From Gammaproteobacteria bacterium (GTDB taxonomy: Bacteria; Pseudomonadota; Gammaproteobacteria; Eutrophobiales; Eutrophobiaceae), in the NCBI GenBank assembly GCA_965208655.1, contig CBDBPJ010000007.1:20820-84819 (forward strand): a DNA stretch of 64,000 nucleotides, read 5' to 3'. This document shows positions 1 to 11,628 of the stretch, piece by piece; the first letter of the stretch is position 1; every line of letters begins with the position of its first letter. A program made the translations under genes and the position numbers. The notes beneath the pieces were generated by a model. That model worked only from the letters and a program-made list of their open reading frames with translations, was not told the DNA's origin and did no database searches.

Positions 1-2
1 AT

Positions 3-1601
3 GTGCTGATCGACGTGGCGGAAGACGGGTTCTTCCCCAAACTTAATAACCTGGTATCCGGCGACCCGGCCTGCGGCGGTTTCGTGGTTAGTACTGACCC
101 TGCCCGGTTCGGAAATGACAAATGTTACAACGATCAATGGGTGGTAGGGCCGTTCAAGACCTGGAGCAGCCACCTGAGCGCGACGCCGGAACTAAGTAAC
201 AATGACCGGTTCGGGGTTGCCGTACGCCCGGATTCCGAGTTGAATGTCTGGGGTGTCAGCGGCACCCTGGAATGGGATATCACCGATAACCTGACGGTAA
301 AATCCATTTCCGCGCACCGCCGGGTGGAAGACGGTTTCTGGTCCCGGGATACCGGCCATTCGAAGCTGCCGGTCCACGTGATTGTCCGCACCGCCAACGA
401 CTATGAGCAAAAACAGACCACCCAGGAACTCCAATTGCTGGGCAACGCGTTCGAAGATCGCCTGGAATGGATGATCGGGTTGTATTACCTGAAGGAAACG
501 GGCAAGCACCTGGACGTGGTTGAGTTGCCGTTCAATACCGTATTCGACAGCGGCGGCACGATAGACAACGAGAGCAAGGCCGTGTTTGCCCAGGGCACTT
601 TTGACGTGACGAACCGGTTATCACTGACCGCGGGCGTGCGGTATACGGACGAGGAAAAGGAATTTATCGCGGACTCCCATGTGGGTATCGACAGGGGTGT
701 CCCGTTCCCGCTTTCCATAGCGCCTGCCTCGCCGTTTGATTGTGAGGGGACGCCGCTGACACCTGCCAATACCGAAGGTTCCTGCGTGTTACCCATGGTA
801 CCGGCCCATTCCAATGCCAGCGAGGTGCAACCCTATGTCAACCTGTCTTTCCGCTGGACCGACGATATCATGACGTACGTCTCCTACTCGGAAGGATTCA
901 AGGCCGGCGCCTTCACTCAACGGGTCTTTCCGGCAAAGCGTGAAGCCCCGGTTGCGGGGCCCGAGTTCGTGAAGGTCTACGAAGGCGGTTTCAAAACCAC
1001 CCTGCTTGATAATCGCATGCGCTTCAACGGCGCGGTATTTTTCACCGACTACACGGATATGCAGGTCACCTCTGACGAGAGTGACAGTGCAGGCACCATA
1101 GGCCTGTCCACGGTCAACGCGGCAGAAGCGGAAATCCTCGGGTTCGAACTGGAAATGACCGCAGTGCCTGTACCCGACGCGTTACTGCAGGTCGGCGTAG
1201 GCTACCTGGATGCGGAATATGTCAAGCTGGATGAGGGTGTCGCTTTCGACATTGATGATGACCTGATCAACGCGCCGGAATGGAATATCAACGCCGCTGC
1301 GCAATATTCCATCAACCTGGGTGATATGGGCACGTTGACGCCGCGGCTTGACCTGTCCCATACCAGCAAGGTCGCCAATGATGACCGGAATACGCCATTG
1401 CTGGTGCAAGACGCCTATACCCTGTTGAATCTCTCGCTGACCTGGCGCGATGCCGCCGATGCATGGTCGGTTACCGCGGCGGGACGCAACGTGGCCGACG
1501 AGGCTTATATCATCACGGGCTTTGCCAATAACAATGGTGTAGAGGGCGTGTACGGCATGCCGGCCACCTGGTCTGTCAGTGTGCGCCGGAATTTTAACTG
1601 A
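3..1601 (+). CDS. TonB-dependent outer-membrane receptor, C-terminal part. The 5' end is truncated by the window edge.
   Basis: 532 aa ORF open at the window start. The C-terminal beta-barrel region is rich in alternating aromatic/hydrophobic strands and ends in a terminal aromatic-type motif typical of TonB-dependent receptors. Confidence 0.65.
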   Translation: MLIDVAEDGFFPKLNNLVSGDPACGGFVVSTDPARFGNDKCYNDQWVVGPFKTWSSHLSATPELSNNDRFGVAVRPDSELNVWGVSGTLEWDITDNLTVKSISAHRRVEDGFWSRDTGHSKLPVHVIVRTANDYEQKQTTQELQLLGNAFEDRLEWMIGLYYLKETGKHLDVVELPFNTVFDSGGTIDNESKAVFAQGTFDVTNRLSLTAGVRYTDEEKEFIADSHVGIDRGVPFPLSIAPASPFDCEGTPLTPANTEGSCVLPMVPAHSNASEVQPYVNLSFRWTDDIMTYVSYSEGFKAGAFTQRVFPAKREAPVAGPEFVKVYEGGFKTTLLDNRMRFNGAVFFTDYTDMQVTSDESDSAGTIGLSTVNAAEAEILGFELEMTAVPVPDALLQVGVGYLDAEYVKLDEGVAFDIDDDLINAPEWNINAAAQYSINLGDMGTLTPRLDLSHTSKVANDDRNTPLLVQDAYTLLNLSLTWRDAADAWSVTAAGRNVADEAYIITGFANNNGVEGVYGMPATWSVSVRRNFN

Positions 1602-1652
1602 CCGGGATAATTTTCAAGTCAGCGCCGGTTAATCTTTGCCGGAGATTGCAGG

Positions 1653-2936
1653 TCAGGGAGAGTGAGTGCCGGGCAGCAGCCTGGCAATCTCATCGGCCAG
1701 TTCGTCCTGGCTGATTTCGTATTGCTCCGTATCCTCGCGCAAAGGTTTGATCTGGACGGTATTTTTCGCAACTTCCTCGTCGCCCAGGATCAGCGCGTAA
1801 TCCGCCTGTGATCTATCAGCTTTTTTGAACTGGCTCTTGAAACTGCCGCCGCCGCAGTGCATGAGAAGCCTTAGCCCGGGCAGTTTATCGCGTAGCTGTT
1901 CCGCCAGTTTCATGCCGGTTTTCATCGCCGCGTCCCCCACGAGTACCTGGTACACCCGGGGAGTGTCCGAACCCGGTTCAGCAGTGCCGGATTGCATCAG
2001 GTCGAGAATCCGCTCGAGCCCCATCGCAAAACCTACCCCGGGGGTAGCCCTGCCGCCCAGTTGTGCGACAAGATCGTCGTAACGTCCGCCTGCGCAGATG
2101 GTGCCCTGGGCGCCAAGCCTGTCGGTGATCCACTCAAATACGGTGCGGTTGTAATAGTCGAGCCCGCGTACCAGCCTGGGGTTTATGTCATATGCAACAC
2201 CGTTTGCATCCAGCAGTTCTCGCAACACGGCAAAATGCTCTGCAGATTCTTCATCGATTGCATCGAGCAGCGACGGCGCCGCCCCGATCACTGTACGCAT
2301 GGCCGGGTTTTTGCTGTCGAGAATTCTCAACGGGTTGGTTTCCAGGCGCTTGACGCTGTCTTCATCCAGTTGTTCCCGGTTATCGGACAGGTATTCGACC
2401 AGCAGGCTGCGGTATTCCTGGCGCGCCGGGTAAGAACCGAGCGAGTTCAGTTCCAGGCGCACGTCCGTGATCCCGAGCACATGCCAGATACGGGCGCACA
2501 GCATGATGATCTCGGCGTCAATATCGGCGCTGTCTATGCCGAATGCTTCGGCGCCGACCTGGTGGAACTGCCGCAAGCGTCCTTTCTGCGGTCTTTCATG
2601 GCGGAACATGGGTCCCTGGTACCAGATCCTTTGCGGGCCGGAATGAAGTAATCCGTGCTGCAGCAGGACGCGCACACACCCTGCCGTCCCTTCAGGGCGC
2701 AGGGTCAGGAACTCGCCGTTGCGATCCTGGAAGGTATACATTTCCTTGTTCACGATATCCGTCCCTGCGCCGATGCTGCGGGAAAACAGATCGGTTTTTT
2801 CCAGAATGGGAAAGCGGATTTCCCGGTAGCAATACGATTGCAGAACGGATTGCAAGGTTTGCTCGAGAAGGTTCCATGCGGATGCCTCCCCGGGCAGCGT
2901 ATCGTGCATTCCTCTGACGGCCTGCAGTTTCTCCAT
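1653..2936 (-). CDS. hisS: Histidine--tRNA ligase
   Basis: 427 aa. The N-terminus MEKLQAVRGMHDTLPGE and the class II aaRS motifs match HisS. Its start overlaps the rodZ stop. Confidence 0.9.
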   Translation of the reverse strand: MEKLQAVRGMHDTLPGEASAWNLLEQTLQSVLQSYCYREIRFPILEKTDLFSRSIGAGTDIVNKEMYTFQDRNGEFLTLRPEGTAGCVRVLLQHGLLHSGPQRIWYQGPMFRHERPQKGRLRQFHQVGAEAFGIDSADIDAEIIMLCARIWHVLGITDVRLELNSLGSYPARQEYRSLLVEYLSDNREQLDEDSVKRLETNPLRILDSKNPAMRTVIGAAPSLLDAIDEESAEHFAVLRELLDANGVAYDINPRLVRGLDYYNRTVFEWITDRLGAQGTICAGGRYDDLVAQLGGRATPGVGFAMGLERILDLMQSGTAEPGSDTPRVYQVLVGDAAMKTGMKLAEQLRDKLPGLRLLMHCGGGSFKSQFKKADRSQADYALILGDEEVAKNTVQIKPLREDTEQYEISQDELADEIARLLPGTHSP

Positions 2937-3829
2937 CAGCGGCGGGCCTGCTCCTCACCGAGCACAAAGCGGGCCATACCTATCCGTGACATGTAAGGGG
3001 TTGTGTCAATGGGCATGGCATTGAATTCTACGGCCGCCGCTTCCGCATTACCCAGCAGCACGGAAAACGGGGCGCTGCCGTTCAGCACCAGTATTTGATC
3101 GCGTCTGGACAGGTCATAAAACACTTTATCGTTGTTGGCATCGAATATTTCGATCCAGCAATCTTCCGTGAGGACTATCCTGATTGAGTCAGGCCCTATG
3201 CCGGTGGTAATCGTATTCCCGTCGTAGGGGTCTGCCGGACTGTCAAATTCCCTGTCAGGGTTCGTTGCCCGGAGACCCGGTTGTTGCGCCGACGCCGCCC
3301 GTTCCGTGTTTGGCGCTCGATAGAACGGCGTATCAGGATGTTCGACAATCGTGATCGGGTAGGACAGGCCACTCGTCGCAGCGTTGCCCCCGGGCTGGTT
3401 GCCGCCCGCCCCGGCAGAAATTGTCGCTTCCTGCGTATGATGACTGCGCCACCAGGTGAACGGCAGCAGTAACGCGGCAAACACCACGAGATATAAAATC
3501 GTGTAAGGCCATTTCTTCGATTGCTCGGGTTTCGGCTTGGATTGACGTTGCGGGACCTGTTCCGGTTGCTCCGTTATATCATCCTTGTACATCGCCACAA
3601 CCTGATCTGCAGGTGTGTCCAGTAATTTTGCGTAATTCTGCAGGTAACCGTAGACGTAAGTCCCGGTCGGCAGGCGCTCATGATCGTCCTGCTCCAATGC
3701 TTCTATGATGTGAGCCTGCAGGTACAGCTTGTTAGACACGTCTTCTATGGAGAGGTTTTTTTCTTCACGCAGTCGCTTCAGGAATGTGCCGGCGGAAGAC
3801 CGTATTTCATTATTCTGGTTATCGGACAT
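2936..3829 (-). CDS. rodZ: Cytoskeleton protein RodZ (HTH domain plus C-terminal domain)
   Basis: 297 aa. It has an N-terminal XRE-type HTH (LKRLREEKNLSIEDVSNKL), a transmembrane segment and a proline-rich periplasmic tail. It sits downstream of rlmN, as in Gammaproteobacteria. Confidence 0.75.
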   Translation of the reverse strand: MSDNQNNEIRSSAGTFLKRLREEKNLSIEDVSNKLYLQAHIIEALEQDDHERLPTGTYVYGYLQNYAKLLDTPADQVVAMYKDDITEQPEQVPQRQSKPKPEQSKKWPYTILYLVVFAALLLPFTWWRSHHTQEATISAGAGGNQPGGNAATSGLSYPITIVEHPDTPFYRAPNTERAASAQQPGLRATNPDREFDSPADPYDGNTITTGIGPDSIRIVLTEDCWIEIFDANNDKVFYDLSRRDQILVLNGSAPFSVLLGNAEAAAVEFNAMPIDTTPYMSRIGMARFVLGEEQARR

Positions 3830-3853
3830 GTCAACCTTGAAAAGCAGTCCGGG

Positions 3854-4936
3854 TCAGGCGCACCCGTTTGCCGTGCGCCGGGTCTGGCTGCGCGCGGCGC
3901 GCGCGTTCACGCGCCCGACCAGTTGCCCGCAGGCTGCATCAATATCATCGCCCCGGGTCTTCCGGGTAATGGTAATGATGCCGGATTGGACCAGTATATC
4001 CCGGAACAGGTCAGTGGTTTCCATGGATGACCGGCTGTACTCCGTACCGGGAAACGGGTTGAAAATTATCAGGTTTACCTTGGCCGGGAAGCCTTTCAGC
4101 AGCTGCGCCAGTTCCCGAGCGTCAGCCAGGGAATCATTTACCCCTTTCAGCAGGACATATTCAAAGGTGATGGGTTCTCCGCCGGTGGCTTCACTGTAGC
4201 GGCGGCAGGCGGATAACAGCTTACGTATCGGGTATGTCCTGTTAATCGGCACCAGTTCGTCCCTGAGCGCGTCATTGCCGGCGTGCAAGGAAACGGCCAG
4301 GCTGATCCTGCTGCATTCAGACAGCTTGATGATGCCGGGAACAATGCCCGCGGTACTCAGGGTCACGCGCTTGTTCGCCAGTCCGAATCCGAGGTCATCC
4401 GTAATCAATTCGACGGCTTTTACTACATTGTCGAAATTGAGCAGCGGTTCGCCCATACCCATGAGGACGATGTTGCTGATGATGCGCTTGCGGCTGGCGA
4501 AATAACCCAGTTGTTTGTTGGCCAACCAGAGCTGGCCGATGATCTCCGCCACTGACAGGTTGCGGCTGTAGCCTTGTTTGCCGGTCGAGCAGAAGGTGCA
4601 GTTCAAAGCGCAACCGGCCTGCGAGGAAATACACAACGTGCCCCTGCTGGTCTCCGGAATGAAGACGGTTTCAATCGCGTTGTCGGCATCGACCTGCAAC
4701 AGCCATTTACGGGTGCCGTCCGTTGAAATCTTTTCAGAGATAATCGACGGCAGCGGTGAATCCGTATTGCCGGCCAGGTGATCGCGCAGGCTTTTACTCA
4801 AATCGGTCATGGCGTCGAAGTCGGTTACACCCTGGTGGTAAACCCACTTCATCACTTGCGTCGCGCGAAAAGGTTTTTCCTCCATGCCGGTGAAATAGTC
4901 CCGCATGGCGGCCTGGTCAAGATCGAACAGATTCAC
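3854..4936 (-). CDS. rlmN: 23S rRNA/tRNA m2A methyltransferase RlmN (radical SAM)
   Basis: 360 aa with the CxxxCxxC radical-SAM motif (CALNCTFCSTG) and an RlmN-like N-terminus. Confidence 0.9.
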   Translation of the reverse strand: MNLFDLDQAAMRDYFTGMEEKPFRATQVMKWVYHQGVTDFDAMTDLSKSLRDHLAGNTDSPLPSIISEKISTDGTRKWLLQVDADNAIETVFIPETSRGTLCISSQAGCALNCTFCSTGKQGYSRNLSVAEIIGQLWLANKQLGYFASRKRIISNIVLMGMGEPLLNFDNVVKAVELITDDLGFGLANKRVTLSTAGIVPGIIKLSECSRISLAVSLHAGNDALRDELVPINRTYPIRKLLSACRRYSEATGGEPITFEYVLLKGVNDSLADARELAQLLKGFPAKVNLIIFNPFPGTEYSRSSMETTDLFRDILVQSGIITITRKTRGDDIDAACGQLVGRVNARAARSQTRRTANGCA

Positions 4937-4942
4937 GCCGGA

Positions 4943-5383
4943 TTACCTGCTGCGCGGACAAATTTCGTCTGCGTCGAAAAAAAAGCGGATCTCGTCCAGG
5001 GCAGTTTCCGGGGCGTCAGAACCGTGTACCGCATTTTCTCCCTGGTCGCCGTCGCGTTCGCAATAGTCTGCACGGATAGTGCCCGGCTCGGCATCCCTGG
5101 GAAACGTGGCGCCCATCAGTTCCCGGTTTTTCGCAACGGCGCCTTCGCCTTCCAGAACCTGCACCATAATGGGCCCGGATACCATAAAATCCACCAGTTC
5201 CCGGAAAAAAGGTTTTTCCCTGTGGACCGCGTAGAATTCGGCGGCCCGTTGTTCGTCGAGGCGCAGCATCTTTGCCGCAACGATTTTAAGCCCGGCGTTT
5301 TCAAAGCGCTGGTATATCGCACCTACCAGGTTCCCGGCTACCGCATCGGGCTTGATTATTGACAGGGTTTGTTCAACAGACAT
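4943..5383 (-). CDS. ndk: Nucleoside diphosphate kinase
   Basis: 146 aa. It carries canonical NDK motifs ([16 protein letters not shown], and the NxxHGSD active-site region is present as AVHGSDA). Confidence 0.92.
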   Translation of the reverse strand: MSVEQTLSIIKPDAVAGNLVGAIYQRFENAGLKIVAAKMLRLDEQRAAEFYAVHREKPFFRELVDFMVSGPIMVQVLEGEGAVAKNRELMGATFPRDAEPGTIRADYCERDGDQGENAVHGSDAPETALDEIRFFFDADEICPRSR

Positions 5384-5419
5384 AGCGTTTTACTTCTTTT
5401 TCGTTGGTTGGTATCCGTG

Positions 5420-5971
5420 TTACAGCAGGCCGGTTTCCAGGCGCGCAGCTTCTGTCATCATCTCCGGACTCCAGGGCGGGTCGAAGGTAAGTTCAACGCT
5501 GACGTTGCCGACATTCGGCACGACGGCGAGTTTGCTCTGTACGTCGGCTGCCAGGAAATCGCCCATGCCGCAGGCCGGCGCGGTAAGAGTCATGAGCACC
5601 TCCACCTGGTTTTCCCCCGCGTCGGAATGTGAGATCCGGCAGTCGTAGATCAGGCCGAGTTCGACGATGTTGATCGGGATCTCCGGGTCATAACAGGTGC
5701 GCATCTGCCCCCACAGGTGTTCTTCATTGACGGATCCGTCTTCATTGGGTTCCAGGTCCTGGTTGATATAGCCCGATGCGTCAAAGCCGAGGGCGTCTGC
5801 GTCCTTCGGGCCCACCTGGGCAAGGTTGCCGTTTATGTTGACCGTGTAATTTCCTCCCAGCGCCTGCGTTATAAATACGAGGCTGCCTTCGGGCAATGAG
5901 ATGGGCGTACCCGTGGGAATCAGTATCGCTTCGCAGTCACGCACAACGGTAACAGGGTCGTTGCTGTACAT
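5420..5971 (-). CDS. sufT: Fe-S assembly protein SufT-like (DUF59/MIP18 family)
   Basis: 183 aa. The C-terminal DUF59-type domain (DPEIPINIVELGLIY...CGMG) is the last gene of the suf cluster. Confidence 0.6.
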   Translation of the reverse strand: MYSNDPVTVVRDCEAILIPTGTPISLPEGSLVFITQALGGNYTVNINGNLAQVGPKDADALGFDASGYINQDLEPNEDGSVNEEHLWGQMRTCYDPEIPINIVELGLIYDCRISHSDAGENQVEVLMTLTAPACGMGDFLAADVQSKLAVVPNVGNVSVELTFDPPWSPEMMTEAARLETGLL

Positions 5972-5973
5972 AA

Positions 5974-6423
5974 TTACTCCGTGGATACCGGCGCTTCGTC
6001 ACCGGCCAGTAATGCATGCAGGGTGTGCCAGCATAGCGTGGCGCATTTGACCCGGCTGGGATAATCCCGCACGCCGGCCAGGACCGCCAGTTTTCCCATG
6101 CGGGCCATATCGATTTCCAGGTCGGCACACGTCAGCAGTTCGTGAAAACCAGCAAAGACCGTCTCGGCTTCCCGTACCGATTTTCCCTTGACGCCCTCCG
6201 TCATCAACGATGCCGATGCAATGGAGATGGCGCACCCGGAACCATTGAATTTAATATCGGCAATCCGGTCTTCATCCTGGTCCAGGTACAATGTCAGGCG
6301 GTCGCCGCACAAGGGATTGAAACCTTCCAGTTTTCTCCCGGGCGGGCCGAGTTCGCCGAAATTCCTTGGACTGCGGTTGTGATCGACGATCACTTCCTGG
6401 TATAAGTCTTTTAAGTCGAACAT
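5974..6423 (-). CDS. sufU: SUF-system Zn-dependent sulfurtransferase / scaffold SufU
   Basis: 149 aa with NPLCGD, GSGCAIS and RVKCATLCW motifs. These are the three Cys plus Asp Zn ligands of SufU; the protein is not IscU-like. Confidence 0.8.
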   Translation of the reverse strand: MFDLKDLYQEVIVDHNRSPRNFGELGPPGRKLEGFNPLCGDRLTLYLDQDEDRIADIKFNGSGCAISIASASLMTEGVKGKSVREAETVFAGFHELLTCADLEIDMARMGKLAVLAGVRDYPSRVKCATLCWHTLHALLAGDEAPVSTE

Positions 6424-6428
6424 TGCCG

Positions 6429-7691
6429 TTATTTGAATATGTTTTTCGCTTTGTCGATCCCCGCAACCAGCTTGTCCACTTCTTCAGTCGTGTTGTAAAA
6501 GGCAAGGGAAGCCCTGGCCGTGGCAGGGATGCCGAACCGTTCCATTACCGGCATGGCGCAATGGTGTCCGGTCCTGATGGCTATGCCGTCGTGGTCCAGT
6601 ATGGTGCCCAGGTCGTGTGGGTGAATCCCGTCTATAACAAAGGACAAGATACTTGCCTTGTCGGCGGCCGTGCCGATCAGCCGCAATCCCGGCACGCCGG
6701 CGGCAGCCTCGGTGGCATACTGCAACAACCCGTGTTCGTAGTCATGAATCCTGTCCAAATCGACGTCGCTGACGTAGTCAACCGCCGCGCCCAGGCCGAT
6801 TACCCCGGCGATGTAAGGCGTGCCTGCTTCAAACTTGTAGGGCAGGTCGTTGTACATGGTTTTTTCAAAGGTGACCATCTTGATCATGTCGCCCCCGCCG
6901 TGGTACGGCGGCATGTCTTCCAGCAAGGCCTGTTTTCCGTATAACACGCCAATCCCGGTGGGGCCGAACAATTTATGGCCGGAGAAGGTATAGAAGTCGC
7001 AATCCAGCGCGGCCATATCAAGCTTCGTATGGGGCGCCGCCTGGGCGCCGTCGATAACTACCACGGCGCCGGCAGCATGGGCTTGCGCGGTAATCTCTGC
7101 AATCGGGTTGATCGTGCCCAGGGCATTGGAGATATGGACGATCGCAACAATCCGGGTCCTCTCGTTCAGCAGGTTTTTATACTCGTCCATATCCAGTTCG
7201 CCGGCGTCGTTGATCGGAATGACTTTCAGGGTGGCGCCGGTTTGTTCGCACAACAACTGCCAGGGGACGATGTTGGAATGGTGTTCCATCGTCGAGACGA
7301 TGATTTCATCCCCGGCGCCCAGCCTGCTCCTGCCGTAGCTTTGCGCAACCAGGTTTATCCCCTCCGTCGTGCCGCGTACGAATATAACCTCCTGCAGCGA
7401 TTCGGCGTTGATGAAGCGCTGAATTTTTTTACGCGCGGTCTCGTAGGCATCCGTTGCCAATTCACTCAGGGTATGCACGCCGCGATGGATATTGGAATTG
7501 TAGGAACGATAATAGTCATCCAGAACTTCGATAACCTGGCGCGGCTTTTGCGCGGTTGCCGCGTTGTCCAGGTAGACCAGGGGCATGTCGCGCACGGTCT
7601 GCTCCAGGATCGGAAAATCCTGCCGGTACGTCTCCACCGGGAAACCTGTTGCCGGCCCCGTATCTGCCTGCACGGCCTGCGGGTAGTTCAT
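6429..7691 (-). CDS. sufS: Cysteine desulfurase SufS
   Basis: 420 aa class-II aminotransferase-fold enzyme with an SGHK PLP-lysine region. It sits inside the suf operon. Confidence 0.9.
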   Translation of the reverse strand: MNYPQAVQADTGPATGFPVETYRQDFPILEQTVRDMPLVYLDNAATAQKPRQVIEVLDDYYRSYNSNIHRGVHTLSELATDAYETARKKIQRFINAESLQEVIFVRGTTEGINLVAQSYGRSRLGAGDEIIVSTMEHHSNIVPWQLLCEQTGATLKVIPINDAGELDMDEYKNLLNERTRIVAIVHISNALGTINPIAEITAQAHAAGAVVVIDGAQAAPHTKLDMAALDCDFYTFSGHKLFGPTGIGVLYGKQALLEDMPPYHGGGDMIKMVTFEKTMYNDLPYKFEAGTPYIAGVIGLGAAVDYVSDVDLDRIHDYEHGLLQYATEAAAGVPGLRLIGTAADKASILSFVIDGIHPHDLGTILDHDGIAIRTGHHCAMPVMERFGIPATARASLAFYNTTEEVDKLVAGIDKAKNIFK

Positions 7692-9013
7692 TTTACGAAC
7701 TCCTCTATCAGGTCGGTGTCGGGCAACTCGCCGGCAATGCTGTGTTCCAGCCGTTCGCGGATTTCGGGGAACCTGATATCGCGGATTATCTCGTCGGCAA
7801 AGGCATAGGTCAGCAGGCTCCGGGCCGTATGTTCATCGACCCCCCTGGAACGCAGGTAGAACAACATGTTTTCATCAAGTTGTCCGACCGTTGCGCCATG
7901 GCTGCACTTGACGTCGTCCGCGTAGATTTCCAGTTCCGGTTTGGTATCGACCTCGGCGTTGCCGGAGAGCAGCAGATTCGCATTGGACTGGTGAGCCTCC
8001 GTCTTCTGGGCCTGTTCGTGCACGATCACCTTGCCGTTGAAAACGGCGCGGGAATGCCCGTTCATGACGCCCCGGAAATGTTCATGGCTGGTGGTATGGG
8101 GCTGTTTGTGCTCAACCAGGGTATGGTTGTCGACATGCTGGCGGTTATTGGTCAGATACAGACCGTTGAGCTTCACCTCGGCGCCCGGTTCGTCCAGTTC
8201 GACGTCGATGTCGTTGCGCGCCAGTTTCCCACCCAGGGACAGGGCGTGACAGTCAACCCTGCTGTCGGCCTGCTGCCGGATGCGGGTATTGCCGATATGG
8301 TATGCGCGCTGGCTTTCCTGCTGGATACTGTAATAGTCCAGGCGGGAACCGGCCCGGCCCAGGATACCGGTCTGGTTGTTGGTTAAATACTCGGTATCGG
8401 GGATGCCGGCAAAGGACTCGATCACGCTTGCCCCGGCATTCCGGCCGAGCGCAACCAGGTTGCGCGGGTTCGACATCAACGTTGCATCAGCTTGACCGCT
8501 AATGTAAATGATGTGTATGGGTATGGCGACTTCCGTGTTGTCCGGCACATGGATAAGAACACCGTCGTTGACAAATGCCGTGTTCAGCGCGGAAAAGGCG
8601 TTTTTGATCTCCCCGTCTACGAAACAGGATTCGAGCAGGAGGGCATCATCCGGTTGCACCGACTGTAACGGCTGTACGGTCACGCCGTCGGGCAGCGGTT
8701 CGTTACGCGACAGCGCCGCGGAAAAACTGCCGTTGATAAACACCAGTTCGTGGCAGTCCAGCCGGGAAAATCGCAGGCTGTCCACGAACGCATCGTCAAC
8801 AGCCGCCGGTGCGGACCTCCCGACCGTGAATTTCTTCCTGGTGATGGGGGTGACATCGGTGTATTTCCACTGTTCCGTCCTGCGCGAGGGGAAACCGTTG
8901 GTCCTGAGGAAATCCAGGGCCGCAGCGCGGGGTTGTGCGAACCACGGGGCCGTCAAGGTATCCCTGAACTGTTCGTATTCCGCGAGATAATGGCTGACGG
9001 CTGCCTCACTCAT
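7688..9013 (-). CDS. sufD: Fe-S cluster assembly protein SufD
   Basis: 441 aa. It lies between sufC and sufS, with SufB/SufD beta-helix family character. Confidence 0.85.
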   Translation of the reverse strand: MSEAAVSHYLAEYEQFRDTLTAPWFAQPRAAALDFLRTNGFPSRRTEQWKYTDVTPITRKKFTVGRSAPAAVDDAFVDSLRFSRLDCHELVFINGSFSAALSRNEPLPDGVTVQPLQSVQPDDALLLESCFVDGEIKNAFSALNTAFVNDGVLIHVPDNTEVAIPIHIIYISGQADATLMSNPRNLVALGRNAGASVIESFAGIPDTEYLTNNQTGILGRAGSRLDYYSIQQESQRAYHIGNTRIRQQADSRVDCHALSLGGKLARNDIDVELDEPGAEVKLNGLYLTNNRQHVDNHTLVEHKQPHTTSHEHFRGVMNGHSRAVFNGKVIVHEQAQKTEAHQSNANLLLSGNAEVDTKPELEIYADDVKCSHGATVGQLDENMLFYLRSRGVDEHTARSLLTYAFADEIIRDIRFPEIRERLEHSIAGELPDTDLIEEFVK

Positions 9014-9771
9014 GCTGCCCTGGCCTCCTGCCTGACCCAGTCGTACCCTTTTTCCTCAAGTTCGACAGCCAGTTCGCGGTTGCCGGAGCGGATGATCTTT
9101 CCATCCGACAGCACATGCACGTAATCAGGGACAATGTAGTTCAGCAACCTCTGGTAGTGGGTTACGAGAACGATGGCGCGGGATTCGTTGCGTAATGAAT
9201 TGACGCCTTCCGCAACAGTTTTCAGCGCGTCGATGTCCAGGCCGGAATCCGTTTCATCCAGGATGGCCAGGCGCGGGTCCAGGACCGCCATCTGGAAGAT
9301 CTCGTTGCGTTTTTTCTCGCCGCCGGAGAAGCCTTCGTTCACGGACCGGTTGAGCAGGCTCTCATCCATTTTCACCAGCTTCATTTTTTCCCGCACCACC
9401 TGCAGGAATTCGACCGCGTCCAGCGCACCTTTGCCCTGGTGCTTGCGGATGCCGTTCAGCGCCGCCTTGAGCAGGTAGATGTTGTTCACCCCGGGAATTT
9501 CCACCGGGTACTGGAATGCCAGGAAAATACCCTCCCGAGCCCGTTCTTCCGGGGCAAGCTCAAACAGGTCGCGGCCCTCGTATTCGACCGTACCGGACAT
9601 GACCTCGTAGTTGTCCCGCCCTGCCAGCACGTTCGCCAGGGTGCTCTTGCCCGAACCGTTGGGCCCCATGATGGCGTGTACCTCGCCGGTATTAACCGTC
9701 AGGTCCAGGCCTTTCAGGATCTGCTTGTTGCCGATCCCGACTTTTAAATTGTTAATTGTTAACATTGTCAT
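9010..9771 (-). CDS. sufC: Fe-S cluster assembly ATPase SufC
   Basis: 253 aa with a Walker A (GPNGSGKST), an ABC signature and a Walker B. The N-terminus LTINNLKVGIGNKQILKGLDL is typical of SufC. Confidence 0.92.
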   Translation of the reverse strand: MTMLTINNLKVGIGNKQILKGLDLTVNTGEVHAIMGPNGSGKSTLANVLAGRDNYEVMSGTVEYEGRDLFELAPEERAREGIFLAFQYPVEIPGVNNIYLLKAALNGIRKHQGKGALDAVEFLQVVREKMKLVKMDESLLNRSVNEGFSGGEKKRNEIFQMAVLDPRLAILDETDSGLDIDALKTVAEGVNSLRNESRAIVLVTHYQRLLNYIVPDYVHVLSDGKIIRSGNRELAVELEEKGYDWVRQEARAA

Positions 9772-9792
9772 TCCACTGTTTGTTCGTCATTA

Positions 9793-11241
<1,449 letters not shown>

Positions 11242-11244
11242 GGC

Positions 11245-11601
11245 CTATTCCTGGTTCGCCGGGTTATCGGTAATGCTGAAACTCTCGCCGCAGCCACAGG
11301 TCTCGCTTACGTTCGGGTTATGAAACCTGAACCCCTCGTTCAGCCCTTCCTTCACGAAATCCAGTTCCGTGCCGGCCAGGTAGTGGAGGCTGTGGTCATC
11401 GATGACAACGGTGACGCCGTTTGTCTCAAACGACGTATCCTGTTCATTTACCGCCTGCGCCGCCTCGACAATGTACTGGTAGCCGGAGCAACCCGTGGGT
11501 TTCACGCCGACCCGCAAGCCGACCCCTTCGGTGGTTTTTGTCAGGTAATTCCTTACGTGCTCCGCGGCGCGGTCAGTTAGTGCAATCTGGTTATTCGACA
11601 T
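11245..11601 (-). CDS. sufA: A-type Fe-S carrier (SufA/IscA/ErpA family)
   Basis: 118 aa with the HesB-family C-terminal CGCGESF motif plus an upstream Cys. Confidence 0.8.
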   Translation of the reverse strand: MSNNQIALTDRAAEHVRNYLTKTTEGVGLRVGVKPTGCSGYQYIVEAAQAVNEQDTSFETNGVTVVIDDHSLHYLAGTELDFVKEGLNEGFRFHNPNVSETCGCGESFSITDNPANQE

Positions 11602-11628
11602 CGGTTGTTACCTCTGTTGTTGCTTGAA

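Noticed and set aside
1992-2651. 219 aa ORF antisense to hisS, and similar long antisense ORFs at 6975-7808, 7556-8386, 42214-43173, 45319-46356, 31890-33296, 55530-56309 and 56065-57177.
   Set aside because: All lie opposite strongly supported conserved genes in GC-rich DNA, where stop codons are rare. They have low-complexity Arg/Pro/Gly-rich translations and no recognisable motifs.
2936-2940. Absence of ispG between rodZ and hisS. E. coli order is rlmN-rodZ-ispG-hisS.
   Set aside because: Here hisS directly overlaps the rodZ stop. This is most likely a simple synteny difference, with ispG elsewhere, and is not a feature of this window.
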